From Trichosphaerium sp. ATCC 40318 (lineage: Eukaryota > Protista > Tubulinea), in the NCBI GenBank assembly GCA_038496445.1, contig JALMLS010000304.1, positions 372,001 to 436,000 on the forward strand: DNA of 64,000 nucleotides, written 5' to 3'. Both the position numbers and the translations under genes were made by a program. The notes beneath the pieces were generated by a model. That model was not told where the DNA came from, made no database searches, and saw nothing but the letters and a program-made list of their open reading frames with translations. Positions 38,617 to 52,158 of this stretch are shown here, in pieces (the stretch's first letter is position 1; each line of letters opens with the position of its first letter).

Positions 38617-41600
38617 TTATTTTTTCGTCCTAAAAAACTTAGCAATCGTCTGGAATCCCTGTCCAAACGATTTCGTTGGAACAAGACGCTTTGAAATCCA
38701 ACCAGGAAGCTTTTTCTGAATATTACTAATTGAAAGAAAGCCGTTAAAATAACCAAAAAACAAAAACAAAAAAAAAAATTGTTTTCTGGAATCGTACGTT
38801 TGTTGAAACCTCTTGTCTACTAATAGTATTGTAGAGTAATCATTAGCGTGTCTTATAGATCTACCAATAGACTGATTAACAGCTTTCATACATATATTTT
38901 CGTAGTATGCTGAACCAGACATTTCAGAGCTATTTGATTCCCTTGCTCTTTTATTAATATAATTGATCTTCTCTTTGAGTATTGGATCAGTCTTATTTGG
39001 GTATGGAAGGCCAACCTTTCGAAAAAAATAAGCAAACATTTAGCGCGTGTAACTGTATGCAAAATCACGTGCAACTAAAAGAAAGGTTATAGATAACTTA
39101 CCATTATTATACACCTTCCAAGTCCATCTGAAAAATTTATACCTTCGCTTAGTTTTCCGCCAACTACACAACTCAGGATTGCTCCTGTCTTTCCAGGTGC
39201 TGGTTTGTTTATCGCCTAACAGTATTTGATATTCCGCCATCACTAATAAAACACGTACATTTGCGTATAAGGTCAGTGTTGTTTCGGTTTTGGTAGAAAC
39301 TCTTGGCTCCCTGAAAAACTATTTTGGATTTAGATAAAAGCATAGATTGTTATAGCGTACAGTTTTCTTCTGTTTTATTCTATCCAAAATACCATTATTG
39401 AACCACCTATGGTGAACTTGTTCTTCGTATGCATACGAAGAATAGAATATAACAATACCATCAGGAACAGTATTGGCAACATTCGAAAGCAAATACCCTA
39501 GTTCATCAATCTAGAAAAAAATGAGAAAATAGTCTATCACGTGAAGAGCTACCATTGCTTCATTTGAGCGTTTGCCATAAGTGAACTCAAAAGGAACGCC
39601 AAGAGGACCTGATTCGAATACAATAGTGGATAGATTTTCGTCTGGAATCACATGAGAGCACGAGAATATCGATAGCTCATCTCTCGGTTTTTGTGATCCA
39701 AACAGTTGGTAAACGTAGTCGTCAAACTATGAGCTCGTGTTGGTACTAAAAAGTTTGTTTATTAGACGTACGGGCTGTAGTGTACCTCCTGCTAATATAA
39801 CTGCCTTGGCTTCTTCTGCTACAGGAAGGAAATGTGGAGAAGGATCAAGAGAAACAAACTGAAGGTGAGATTCTTTTTGTTGCTTGGACCTGACATGAAC
39901 ATATGTAAATGAAAGCTCGATAAAATTTAGAGTGAATATCTACTTACCTAGCTGCTAGAATCCTTCCAGAATCATCTGGAACCATCAATGCCTTGAAAAA
40001 CTCATGTACAACATTAAGTGCTGGTATGGAACGATTGATCTCAGAAGAGTCAACTTTTACATTTACTAGTTTTCTGGTAAGCAAAGTAAACGATGGTGAA
40101 TTAGATATTTAAATATGTACTTTTTCTTTGTCTCAGCTTTATGTTAACTTCCAAGTTATCTATATAACCCATAATCTTTTTTGAAATCTCTGTTTGCTCA
40201 AAGAACTTTCCAATCTAAAGCAACAGCTCAGAAAACAAAAAAAAATTAATCACTTGTGTGAGCCTAATAGTAAATCCACAAGGATGGTATCGTTTCATAT
40301 TGGATGATTGGTTCCATGGTGAATGGTTTTACGTACTTTGAATAAATTTACATTGTCTATTTTTGACTCGAATAGAAAGTCATTGATATGCATTATCTTC
40401 TTTTGTATGTCTTTGATATTCTCTTTTTCTCCTACAAAAACAAACCAATTAATTATCAAAAGGAATAACTTCATCCAAGATTGCTACAGAGCAAAAAAAA
40501 AAGAAAGATGAAAGAGTGAGAAAGTGTTAAAACTTGTACCTACTGAAATGTACTGAACAAATGCTTTTAGGATAAATATAACACGTTCAATATACATAAC
40601 ATTTTTACCCTTTAAACGCTGTCTAAACTTATCTAAATACCTCTTTAGCTGTGCTAAAGCTTGAGAAATCTAAAGTTAATAAGATAATTACTACTCCAAC
40701 AGGTTGTAACGCACTATAGACATTGACAGTTTCACAGAGTGCATGCTGTTGATTGTATCGATTAAGTTATGTGCCTCGTCAATAATAACTACATTATCCT
40801 TTATATCAATACCTAAAGCTTCACGCGTTCCAGGATGGAACAATGCTTGATATGGAAGAGCTACAACCTCCGCTGACTTTACACCTTGTGGCACATAAAT
40901 TAATTTAAAAAAAGTTGCTTAAAATGTCTTGACGTACTTGCACGTGACCCGTAGTAGGGACAAGTCTTCAATGATTTGCCGAGCGTTATTAAATCTTCAA
41001 TATCACGCACACGTGATAACACCTCATCTTTGTATAGCATCTAACCACCCGAGTGAAATCAAGATTGTATCAGAGATGCTTACCTTTAGATGTGGACTGT
41101 AAAATTCACATTTAGCGTCTTTGGTCTTTTTGGCTACACGTGATAAGTGGTACAAAATTTTGATTGCAGGTTAAAGATTATCAAGCTCATTAATTGCCGT
41201 TTTTCACTTATAACTTGTGATTTGAGAAATATTCTGTAGTACCTTTACTTTTGCTTGCACCTATGAGCTCAAGGCAAGCATCATTTATTTGAGTTGTTGT
41301 CGGCTTAGAATGGACTTTGGGATTTATACAGTAGTTCTTCCTTGATCCCAAAGTAACTGCTTTCAAGTCTTCTCCATAAACAGTTTTTTGAATTTCATTG
41401 ATAAACTGTGATAACTGTGTATGCGTCCTACTACAGTAGTACACCTATATTAAACGTTAAAAGCCAAGTATTCCTATTGAGAATAAAACTACCTTTCGGA
41501 CTTCAACATCCTCACCGTCAGACTCATACTGAAGCGGAGCTTCTTCAGAATCAGAGCTGTCATCATTCATTTTGTTTAGTTTTTCTTCATCGCTGTCATA

Positions 41601-42270
41601 GTCATCAAGCAAGAACTGCGAATCATCTTCAACCATAGTTGTAGCTTTTGGAGCATTGCTATAAGACTGTGCTTATACGTGTAGAATTAGCAAGCGGTAT
41701 AACCAGAGAGCAAAAAAAGTCAAACCTGCAATTTTCTTCTTTTTGCTTGTTTGTTTAGGTTGACAACATTAGAATGCTCCCTTATCCGCTTGAGTCTCTT
41801 ACGTTGTTTTTCAATACGGTCTCCATGAAGCTCCTTCATACGTTCTTCATCACGTTGTTCTTTTTTAAGATGGGACGTTCTAGCCCATGCAGGTATATCA
41901 TCATTTTGTTTGTTTTCTTCTTCTTGTGATTTATCGTCGCCACCACACTGTTATTGTTTTTGAGGTTGACATTTTTGATGGGCGATTTAACGTACTTGCT
42001 CATCACATGTTTTATCACATTCAGCCTTCATCAACGGCGTTTTTTCGTTATCTCGTAACCATTTTAAGGCTGAACACGCAATTGAAAGAGATTTACCCTG
42101 AGCACGTTTAGCTTACTCTATCGAATAGAAAAATAGCGTACAGTGCCTGTAGGTGATTCAAATAGACCAATTTTACATTCATCAACGCAATTGTACAATT
42201 GACGCATGAAATCTTCTTGTATTGAGTACGGCGTAAAAGGGAACGGAAAATCAACCTTGTCATTTGCCAT
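38617..42270 (-). CDS. DDX11: ATP-dependent DNA helicase DDX11/ChlR1 (XPD family, Fe-S)
   Basis: [15 protein letters not shown]...[88 protein letters not shown]. Confidence 0.95.
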
Positions 42271-42504
42271 CTTTCGCGGCAAATTTGAAATAAAATGAAA
42301 AAAATTCTGCTTATTAAGCGAGCTACCTGCCTTAGCTCTATCACCAATGTCACGTTTTTGTTACTCATATTTTACGATTTATTTTACACATACATCTTTT
42401 TTGTTTTTGTTGCCAAACGCCAAATGCCACTATGAGGGAGCGCAAACGGTTCTTTGAGTTGTTTTTTAAACCCTTTTTTTTTTCCTTTCTTTGTTAGAGT
42501 GTCC

Positions 42505-43936
42505 CTATTTAGGAGCAGGCTTTGGCCATGGTTTATCAATGCAAATACCGACATAAGATGGGTATCTATACAGTAAACAATTTAGTTTATTTTAAAGGTA
42601 CCTTGGAACAAAAAACAAAGATAAATGTGTACGTACTTAGGCATGCCATTCTTATTGTTTTCACTATATCTATAAGTGATAATAGAGCCAACAGGTGGTG
42701 GATTTTCTCTATCATCCTTTGAAAAACCATTTCCTATCTTAAACGTATCACCATTTTTTAACTGGCACTCCAGAGAACCTTAAAATAATCAGAAAGTTGC
42801 AGTATACAAAAAACTCATTGTATTTTTGGCATACCAAGTCTTCCTTCTTTTGCACCTGTACCCATAACATGTCCGATAATCTTAGCTTCATTATCTTTGT
42901 ATGTCTTTACTTTAAGCAGTGTGTTAGTTCGTCCAGACTCGTAGAATGATCCAGGCTCACGAAGCATAAGACCTGATCAGTATTAACAAAATGTTGCACA
43001 TAATATGAGTAATATTACCTTCACCTCCATTGTCTTGTACCCTCTTTAGCTCATCCAACATTGCCTTGTTATTCTAGAATACATTAAGCATAGATGAATA
43101 TAGAATGCTTTAGAGTACCTCTACTAAAGTGTGTTTTACGCTTTGTACATATTTGTTTTCCTTTGGCAAAATTTTGTTTAAAAACTCTAGACGTGACTCG
43201 AATGGTAAATCAGGGTGACCAGGACAATCAAAAACTTTGAATGTGAGTTTCTCGAACATCCTCTCTCGTTTTCTGGCTTTTCTAGGCCTTCTATCTACAT
43301 TTATATCGTTACATTTGGTACAAAAACTTCACAATGATGATTTTCATTAAAACTGCACTAACCTGGAAGTGTCTTAACGAGCCCTACTGTCTCTCTGAAA
43401 GCGTTTCTGCCACCAAATAGTTCTCCTAATCACTGTTAGGTATATGTTTCATGACCACTTAGCTAGCGTGCCGTCTAGCAGTTCTTCCGGAAGATCTTGT
43501 GTAAAGAAGTCTGGCACAAAGTACCGACTGCCTGTTCTCGACAAGAACTCACTTTTGAAAGGAGTGAATAGTGTCAAAGGAAGGTATGTGCGTACGATCC
43601 TGTCCATAGACATCTAACGCCGTCATATTTTTCTGACATCCACCAACCACTTACATCCTTTTTCTCTGTCCACTAACGACTTGTTTACATAATAATTTGG
43701 TGAAATTACGCACTCTATTGGCTTGAATGAGGTCTACACCGAAATCTGCCGGAGAAAGGCCTGTGAGCGCCGAGGAATCAGAGGAATAACGTATTACGCT
43801 AACGCGTGATGAGCAGCGTATTGATTTGCACTTTTGTGCTATGAATCGTTAATTTAACGCCAGTGGCCTCTATTGCGTTGAAAACGCGTGAGTAATCGAA
43901 TAACGCACCTCGAACGCACGATACTCTAAATATCAT
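42505..43936 (-). CDS. Minimal ATP-dependent DNA ligase (PRK09125-like) with a putative mitochondrial presequence
   Basis: WWMSEKYDGVR (motif I), LDGELF, FKVFD, GGEGLMLR, LLKVK, and OB-fold FKIGNGFS...PPPVGSIITYRY. Missed by the ORF track because the exons are short. The 5'-most exons are less certain. Confidence 0.9.
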
Positions 43937-44031
43937 GTACTAGTTACGCTGTTTTCTTATCTAGACGATAGAATAAGCATTTTTAAGGTGTTTTCACAAT
44001 AAGTCAATGGCAATTTCATTTCGGTGACAAC

Positions 44032-45487
44032 ATGTCTAATATCGTCACGCTTGACGATTTAGAAGATGACGGGCCTATGCCTAACCCATGGAGCGGTAAA
44101 TGTCAGATTTTTTTTTTGTTTTAACGTAACCGAAACGTAGGTAATGCTGGCGGTTCGCGAACTGTCGAAGCAAGCGAAATAGGCCATAATTACGGCGGTT
44201 CACGGATGAGTTTGCAAGTATGTGTAGAAAATAAGCTGTTAACTAACTGTTTAAAGGTGGGCTACATTAATATGAATGGCGAAGGTAAGCGTGTAAAATA
44301 GCGTAAAATAGCGCTAGTTTCTTACATTCGTTAAACAGTCAAAACAACGCCATCAGGGTCATCAGGAGGTACGTTTAATACGTCACGCAAGTCTCTTACT
44401 TGGTTCAAAAAGGCAAAATATGTATGTATTTATGCTGTCCATGTTTTGTCGACCCATGTGGCGAAGAACGACGTGGAGAGTATAAAAAATGTATTATATC
44501 CTTTAGCGCAATGCTAGCGATCATACAAGTACGCTGAGATTGCACAAAACAACTCACTAAATCAACATTAAGCTGCTTGCCTTAATCTTGTGCATTTGCA
44601 TCGGTGGCTTTGCCTCTCCTTCTGAAAACCCAAGTCTCGGGCCTCCAGGGAAGACCTTAAACATGCTAGGTGCCAAGAACGCCTATCTCGTATACCATGG
44701 ACACGCACGCTTCATTTCATTTTTTTAAATTAGTACTTATTTTGTACAAAGGTTTATCGACTATTTACACCAATGCTGCTGCATGCAGGCGCGTCTTATT
44801 CTATCGTAACATCAACGACATAACATCACACTAGGTGTTATTCATTTGGCTGTAAATATGTTTGCACAGCTTCGCTTTGGTCTGTTCTTGGAACGCAAAT
44901 GGGGAACAGTACGTGCCACTTGTTTTATCTCTTCTCATTGGTGATAGCCATTTCTTGCTGTTGTATACATTGTATCTGGGATAGGCGGATCACTGTGGTC
45001 TTGCCTAATTAAACCAGAGGTTATTGGCGTTGGTGCTTCTGGTGCTCTGATGGGTTTGATGGGAGGATTTCTAGCAGAAGTAATTTTAACGTGGAATAAA
45101 ACTCCTAAATATGAACGAAACCTTAACCTCGTTCAAGCTTTGGTATGGATAGTCATAGCAATGGCTCTTGGTGCTTCAAAGGCAAGTAAAAAAAAAGTTT
45201 CGCGTTATGTACTCACATGTTAACCTAGTATATTGATTGGGCTGCTCAGTAAGTTGAAATCTATGAATAGTTTTCTTATTTCTTACTTAAAAAAAATTAG
45301 TTTAGGTGGTTGTATTACTGGTCTCCTTGTTGGTGTTCTACTCTTTACAAAAGAGATAGAATTACCTAGAGGATATGCAGTTGTTACTACGGTCAGTGCG
45401 TTAGTTCTGGTAGGAATGCAATTTGTTATAGGATTGGTATGTTTCTGGTTACTCAAGATTGGTGAGAATCCTGTGAATGTCTCGTAA
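44032..45487 (+). CDS. Rhomboid intramembrane serine protease
   Basis: NPSLGP, VYRLFTPMLLHAGVIHLAVN, catalytic GASGA, and IDWAAHLGG. Confidence 0.92.
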
Positions 45488-45670
45488 ATAATGTAATCAA
45501 AAGTATAGCGCAAAAAAAAAAAGACGAAGATTTTTTTTCCGAAAGAAAATAAAAGTAACGTTCAACGTCAGTTTTGAAATTTTTGAAAAGCGGTTATATT
45601 TTACGAATATACAATACCGTTGGATTGCTTGCGTAGCCTTTATCATTAAAATAAACATACACATTACCAC

Positions 45671-47352
45671 ATGTCAGAAGAAAACGCAACAGATATTGAA
45701 TTAGCTACCCAGACGCTTGATTTCATTGGCTCATTGAAACCTGAGCAAGTTGATGATACTACACGCGCCAAAATTTGCGAGATAGTTGGTACGTTGAAAA
45801 CCAACGGATTTACAACCCTTACGATACATAGCAAACCTATGCGACTTTCAAAACAGATTTGCCCGCCCAATTCTGTTCTTGGGCCAAGAAGATAGAGATG
45901 AAACTTTAACCATCTCTAGACCTGTACCAGTACTCATAAAGTACAACTACGCCATTAAAGTTCCTAGTACGTGCTTTTTAACCATTTTCGCATAAACCTT
46001 ATTGTATTAACGTCGTAAAGCGGAGACAAACCTTCTCGGGGATGAAGACGGTACCACAGTTGACAGTGTCAAATATTGCTACGTAAATACACCTTCTTGG
46101 CGAAAACTTGTGGATGACGGTACAAGCCTTCCTGAATTACCGTTGAGGTCTCAACGGTTATCTAGGTGCTCTAACAGGAGAAGACGCAAAAACTCCAAGT
46201 TGTGGATGGGATTGGATTAAATACCTTTTTGATTTGTTTCAAAGCACAAAAGATGAGCAACGCGATGTCGCACGGCGTCTAGCTGCTTGCTGGTAACACC
46301 AAAAAAAAAAACCCGAGAACTTGTCTTTTATGAATCTTCTTGTTTATCACGTGATAGGTATAATATTGCCACTCAAATCGATTTAAATCCTCCACCTATT
46401 GCTGAAGAACTAGAAGACCCAATGATGGGTATGGAATCACTTGGCGCAGTAGGACAGCAACTTTTGCAGATGATAGCCGCAGGTAAAGTTTTTTTTTTTT
46501 GTTGCTACATGTATTTTTTTCTTTGAGCTGATGTTCGTTGTAGGAGGTCTTGGTGGCGGTGACTATGATAGTGACGATGATGGAGACTTTGTAGATGATG
46601 GTTAGACATCTATTGGATGTTTTAAATAAGCTCAAAGAAAATTTTAGAAGAGCAAGTTGACGACGATGAAATTGAGGAAAAAGAAGAAAAAGAAAACAAG
46701 GACGAGGAACAACCAGAGTTTAAAGCTCCTGAACCAATACGTACTAATACTTTAAAATACCCATTCAAGAGCCTTATACCTTTCCTTTAGAAGCTACTGA
46801 GGATGACGATGAACAAATTGAAGAAGGTGAGCCCTCAAAGAAGAGGAAGAGAGAAGACAGTACCGATCAGCCAAAAAAAAAATTACGGCTTACACCTGAA
46901 AAAGATGATGTTGATGAACAAGTAGATGCTACTGAAGACCAAGCTGTACATGATCAGAAATTTACTGCAAGTGAAATCCAACAATCTGTACTTGAGAATG
47001 TAGATAAGCTTAAGGCTTACCTACCTTCTCCTGAACACGATATGGAATGGTTTAAGCGTACATTGAAGTGGATGCAAGGTACCTATTTTCTTCACAAAAT
47101 GCGATTTCGGTTCGAAACTTTTTTCTTCATTGAGCGATTTAAGACTTATGTCCAAATAGGTAAGACTGTAATTGATGAAACATGGTTCCCTTGGGGCATG
47201 CCACCTCTAGTAAGTTATTTCAAGAGGCTTCAGTATTACTAACGTCGTATCTACCAAAATAGAAACCTTACATTGATTGTCTTAAATCGGAAGATGAGTA
47301 TGAAGTTAACCACGCTAAGAGTATCATTCTGGTGTTCCAACAACACATGTAA
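45671..47352 (+). CDS. Uncharacterised acidic protein with NLS-like basic motifs
   Basis: Exons appear to splice in frame (MSEENATD... to ...IILVFQQHM*), with Asp/Glu-rich tracts and PSKKRKR / PKKKLR motifs. No family recognised. Confidence 0.7.
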
Positions 47353-47570
47353 TACGCTTCCTCCCTTGTTATTTTTATTAGACAGCAGTGGTTTCGCGTC
47401 TAGACGAATCAAGGAGGTTCAGAGGCGCTACTTGTATTATAAACTACAGTTTTACCTTTTTTGTCGTTTTTATTGCGGAGAATGTTCAGTTTGTTGACAT
47501 TTAGCGACTGTTAGTTTTCCACTGCTTTAACTGCTAACACAAGCTGTAACACTTGTCTGACAATCACTCT

Positions 47571-49579
47571 ATGTGGGCGCACGTGATTTTACTATCGTTC
47601 TTATGTTTTCACGTGACGTACAGCAAAGTGGCCCAAGGTATCGTATTTTTGGCTTAATTGAATGCCTTGGTGATAGTCTTTTGAATATTCAACATTAATA
47701 AACGTCTAGGGTCTCTTAAAACTGATAAGAACTTTCATTACATTACTAAGTTCTGTTACGCTAAAACCGGGCCACCATTGGAGTTTACCATAACGCTTGG
47801 TGCCAAAAATATGAAAAATACCTCAAAACCTGTATTTGCTATGTATATGGATTACCCAGAACAAAGTGATTTACACAGGTGGAAAACGGTGTACAAGAAT
47901 AAGGCTTTATCATGCGAACAGAAAGTCAACTTCACAGGTAAACGTGATAACAACTTTTTCAATAAGTAGCATATCTGTCTAACACCAACATAGAAGGAAA
48001 CGTCGTGCCGATTGTGTCAGGAAAAACGTACAAAAGCTTTTGAGGTTTTTTTGGATAAAATCCCACTCATCCCTTGCGTTCTCGCTGTTTTTACTGTAGA
48101 ACTAATTGGTGACAATCATATTATAACAGAGAAAACCCAAAAAGCTCAGAGCCATCGCTTGAATCTTTTCCCGTTTTTTTGTGAAGTTTCTTACCAATTA
48201 ATGCTTTGTTTAGTATTGTTACTCCTCAATTTACGGCGAAGAAACCAATGTATTGGTTTTTCGCTATAGCTGATTGTGCTTCAGATGAAGGCATTGATAT
48301 TGAGGAGTACAATATTCACATGGTAAACTATGGATTATCTTGGGATAAAGAATTTTCTTACGACGAGATCGGCATGGTTGATATTTTCCTGGCTTTCTTC
48401 TTAATCTATTGTCTTGGAGCTTGTTTTCATGTATACGGCATATGGAAGATGTATAAAATAGGAGCTTTACATGCGGTATGTCATCATTACAAAGGAGAAA
48501 ATATTTCGTAGTTTTTTCTTCTTTCTTTTTTTTTTTGTTTTCAACTCACGTGATTTTCTAGATTGTAAAGATCTTATCCACTGCTATTGCACTGGAGATG
48601 GTTTATCTATTTTGTTCTGTTGTTCATTATTGTATCTATATATCAAATGGCGTAGGCTCATCAGGATTCAAAGGATTTGGTGACTGTACGTTGTACAAAC
48701 CTTAGTACTTTCGTTCTAACTTCTTATTTTATAGTGTCTCATATGGCTTCTGTTGTGATCTTAATGTTCCTTACAATATTACTTGGTAAAGGATGGGCTA
48801 TAACATCATCATACCTCACCCACAGAATGTTCATGGTAGTTGCCATAGCATGTCTTACTGTCGCCCATATGACCTTATTCATTTGGGATGGTACGAAATT
48901 CAATCGTTCATAAACTATCATCTTACCAGCCTTTAAGTTGTTGGCAGAGATCCCGCATCAACAAGTTATTTCTATGATAGTGTTCCTGGTATATTTGTAC
49001 TTGTATTGAGGTACGCTATAAACACAAAACTCATCAGTCTATTCCAAAACTAATAATAATCTAAACAGAGTGCTCACATGGTTTTGGTTCTTGTGGAGTA
49101 TTTTCTGGACGTATAAACTAGAGGCACAGCCACAAAAGAGAAGGTTTTATATTATTCTTTCTATTGGTTTATCAGTACGGTTTAGTTGTTTAGTTTTTTC
49201 TATGTGTTTAAACTAACCTGTCTTTAAAAAGGTATGGTACCTCTCTTTGATCGTATTCGTAGTTATGGCTGCAGGCATGGCACCATGGGTACCAAAGAAA
49301 ATCACAATTGTTACAGCATTGGTATTGTTTTCTGATACCTTGGCTTTCGCTGTGTTGAACTTCCTGTTGTGGCCAACAAGGTACGTCTGACGAAAATAGT
49401 TTTGTCACGTGACACGCAAAAAACAAAAAGATAGTTAAATTCTCTTTTGTTGACTATCTTTAAGAGCTTCTTCGTACTTTGAAAAGCTACACAGTGAACC
49501 TCTTGGCTCTCAAGAGAAGAGAAAATCAACAGGCGCTTTTGGAGCTGAGAATCACTTGATTTCAGATGAAAACTTGTAA
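47571..49579 (+). CDS. GPR180/TMEM145-like (intimal thickness-related receptor) 7TM protein
   Basis: Signal peptide, YITKFCY, WFFAIADC, EFSYDEIG, ILLGKGWAIT, DPASTSYFYDSVPG. Confidence 0.85.
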
Positions 49580-49730
49580 TAGCACAATAATAAGTTAAAA
49601 CTCAATTCAATAAAGTGATTGTAGATATTACCGCCACTCTGCAGACCTAACTTAGCTCTTGACACGATTAAGTCGAAATACAATAAAGAAGCGTTAGTAG
49701 GTCATTTGACACTCTACAGAGGACACCAAT

Positions 49731-50618
49731 ATGAACGACTACGCTAAGAAGTTATTTAAGCAAACTTTGGGTTTTATTACTAACAAAACACCCGAGATTA
49801 CAGCTGTCGACTTCGCCAGCCATGAACTTACCGATGGTACGTAATAGTTACAACGGAAAAATTATCAGTACGTATTTTGACATGAGACAAGGTGATATCG
49901 CTGATATAGCGACTGCTATAACTGATAGCCCATATTTGGACACTCTAGACCTCTTTGATAATCCAATCGGTCCAAACGGCGCAATGGTAAACTTTCACTC
50001 AATATTCTGCTAAGCGCTCCAAGGTACTTGCCAAAGCGCTTACATCCATTCCAAATTTGACTGAACTGGGGCTTGGTAACTGTAATTTGGGTGATGAAGG
50101 CATTACCGCGATTGCTAATTCATTACAAAGTACGTTAAGGATATTGTAGCCGTTCAACAACTGACACATAAAATGTAGATAATGTAACTCTAAAACAAAT
50201 CGATTTTTCTCAAAACAGTGCGCACCTTAACCATGTTTAAACTCCGATTAACATGCCCTAGATATCAGTGATGATGGCGCAAAAGCTATTGGAAAGGTAC
50301 AGACTCATCAACATGCTGTATTCTTGATTTTTGAACAAAGATGCTTGAAAACAAATCCTCTCTTTCAGAGCTAATGCTCCAAAACAATAAAATAACAGAC
50401 ACAGGAGCCTCCGTAATTACAAAAAGTAAGTAACAACAAAAAATAAGACACGTGCAATTAATTGCTTACTATTATTTCAACAAAAAGGCCTCGAGAATTG
50501 TCCATCACTCTCTTCTGTTTTCTTGCAACAAAATATGATTAGTACAGAATCAAAACAGATGTTAAGTTCGTGGGGTTGTTCAAACAATAGAAAATGTACA
50601 ATGCAACTTGGAAACTAA
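49731..50618 (+). CDS. Small RI-like leucine-rich repeat protein
   Basis: LDTLDLFDNPIGPNGA, LTELGLGNCNLGDEG, LSELMLQNNKITDTGA. Confidence 0.85.
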
Positions 50619-52158
50619 TAAAAAGAATCTTTTTTTCGTGATGTAGTAACAAATATCGCAGGTACACGCTGATAGCTTCTTGCAATAATGCACGTGTTTT
50701 TTTCAAGCTTACGAAAAGCGTGTTATTCGATTCTTATTTACAGAAATTTTACCCTTTTTTATGTTAAGTTTTCAATCATTTGAAACCACGTTTATCATGG
50801 TGAACACTCATAAGCATGAGATCAAAGAAGCTCAATTATATCGACACCTCTTTACTGCTTACCGTGATGACTGAATTAGCTTCTGTGGGCGGTTGGTGCG
50901 TACGTACTACTGCAATACACGTACGCATTTGTACCGACTAGCTATTTACACTTGTTCGCAGGTTACTAAGCAATATCCTTGCACGCTTGACTCAGTCGCG
51001 AAAACGATACCGGTTCACCGTCAACCCACTCGTTGTGCAGGCGATGTACAGCTCGTTTTACCATTGTTGGTCTGGCACAATGGGTGGTGTACTCGTTCAA
51101 GTGGTCTTTACTAACTAAGTATTCGTCCCACTGTTTGTACGTAAAACATCTTAACCGGAACACCTATCCGACACCTTGTTCTATGAGCCCTCTTCAACAA
51201 TATCGCTTCCAGTTCGTATTTACGTGTTGCCATGTTTTTGGTACGTGTAACGTATTCTGTGAACTCATCACGTTTTGTTTTTTTAGGCTGACGAAAACTA
51301 CTTCTTTTAAAGGAAAGCACGTGATTTACACGAGGTTCGTGTTTTCGAAACAAGGTAACTATGTTATTGCTTTTTCAAAACCTAGCAAATCGAAGCTTGG
51401 GTTCTGGCCATTCTCTTTTCGTTTCATGTGCTTCGATAACACTTTGTCGTGTTTAAGAAGCATAATGAAGCATCTCAGGATTCGTGGCACTCTCGTGCGT
51501 AGCGAGTATCTCACGGTGTTCGGCAGCTTGTACCAGCTTGTTAATAAAGTAGGAGGTGAGCTGGTGGCATTCCTCAACTGTTTCGGAATCTTGCAAGTAG
51601 TACGCAGATTCAACTAGCTAGGTAACACATTAGGATGCTCGCAGTACGCTATAGTAGATTAGGTATCAGTGTTCAATACTCTATTTTCACGTACCATTAT
51701 ATTTTGTTTGCACACTGATGTACTTGATTGTTCATTTAACAATTTTACTTCACAACGCTCTCTGACAATAATTACAGCCTACGACATAGCTATACTCAAA
51801 GACAACATTCAGCCAGACACAATAATATAATGTACATCTTGTAAAAGACAAGTTCATCAGAAATTACAAGCAAAAACTACAGTATCTTGCACCTAATTAG
51901 CCAAATAACATTCCAAGTTTATAACTATTCATACCTCAAGACAGTTATAACCTTTCACTATGTTGCCAATACAATGTACCCTTGTTGATTCCTAGTACTG
52001 GATTCCACAGAATGAGAACGGAAAAAAATACTCGTTTGGTTATTGTTCTATCCTATTCGCACAACTTTCCACGTGCTTGACCAGTTGATGACTAATTCTG
52101 TAACACTTCATAAAACTTAAGTTAGATTACGTGAGCGTTCTACCAAGTACCAAACACC

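Noticed and set aside
51033-51617. 194-aa plus-strand ORF
   Set aside because: Non-ATG start, no recognisable motifs, antisense-like composition.
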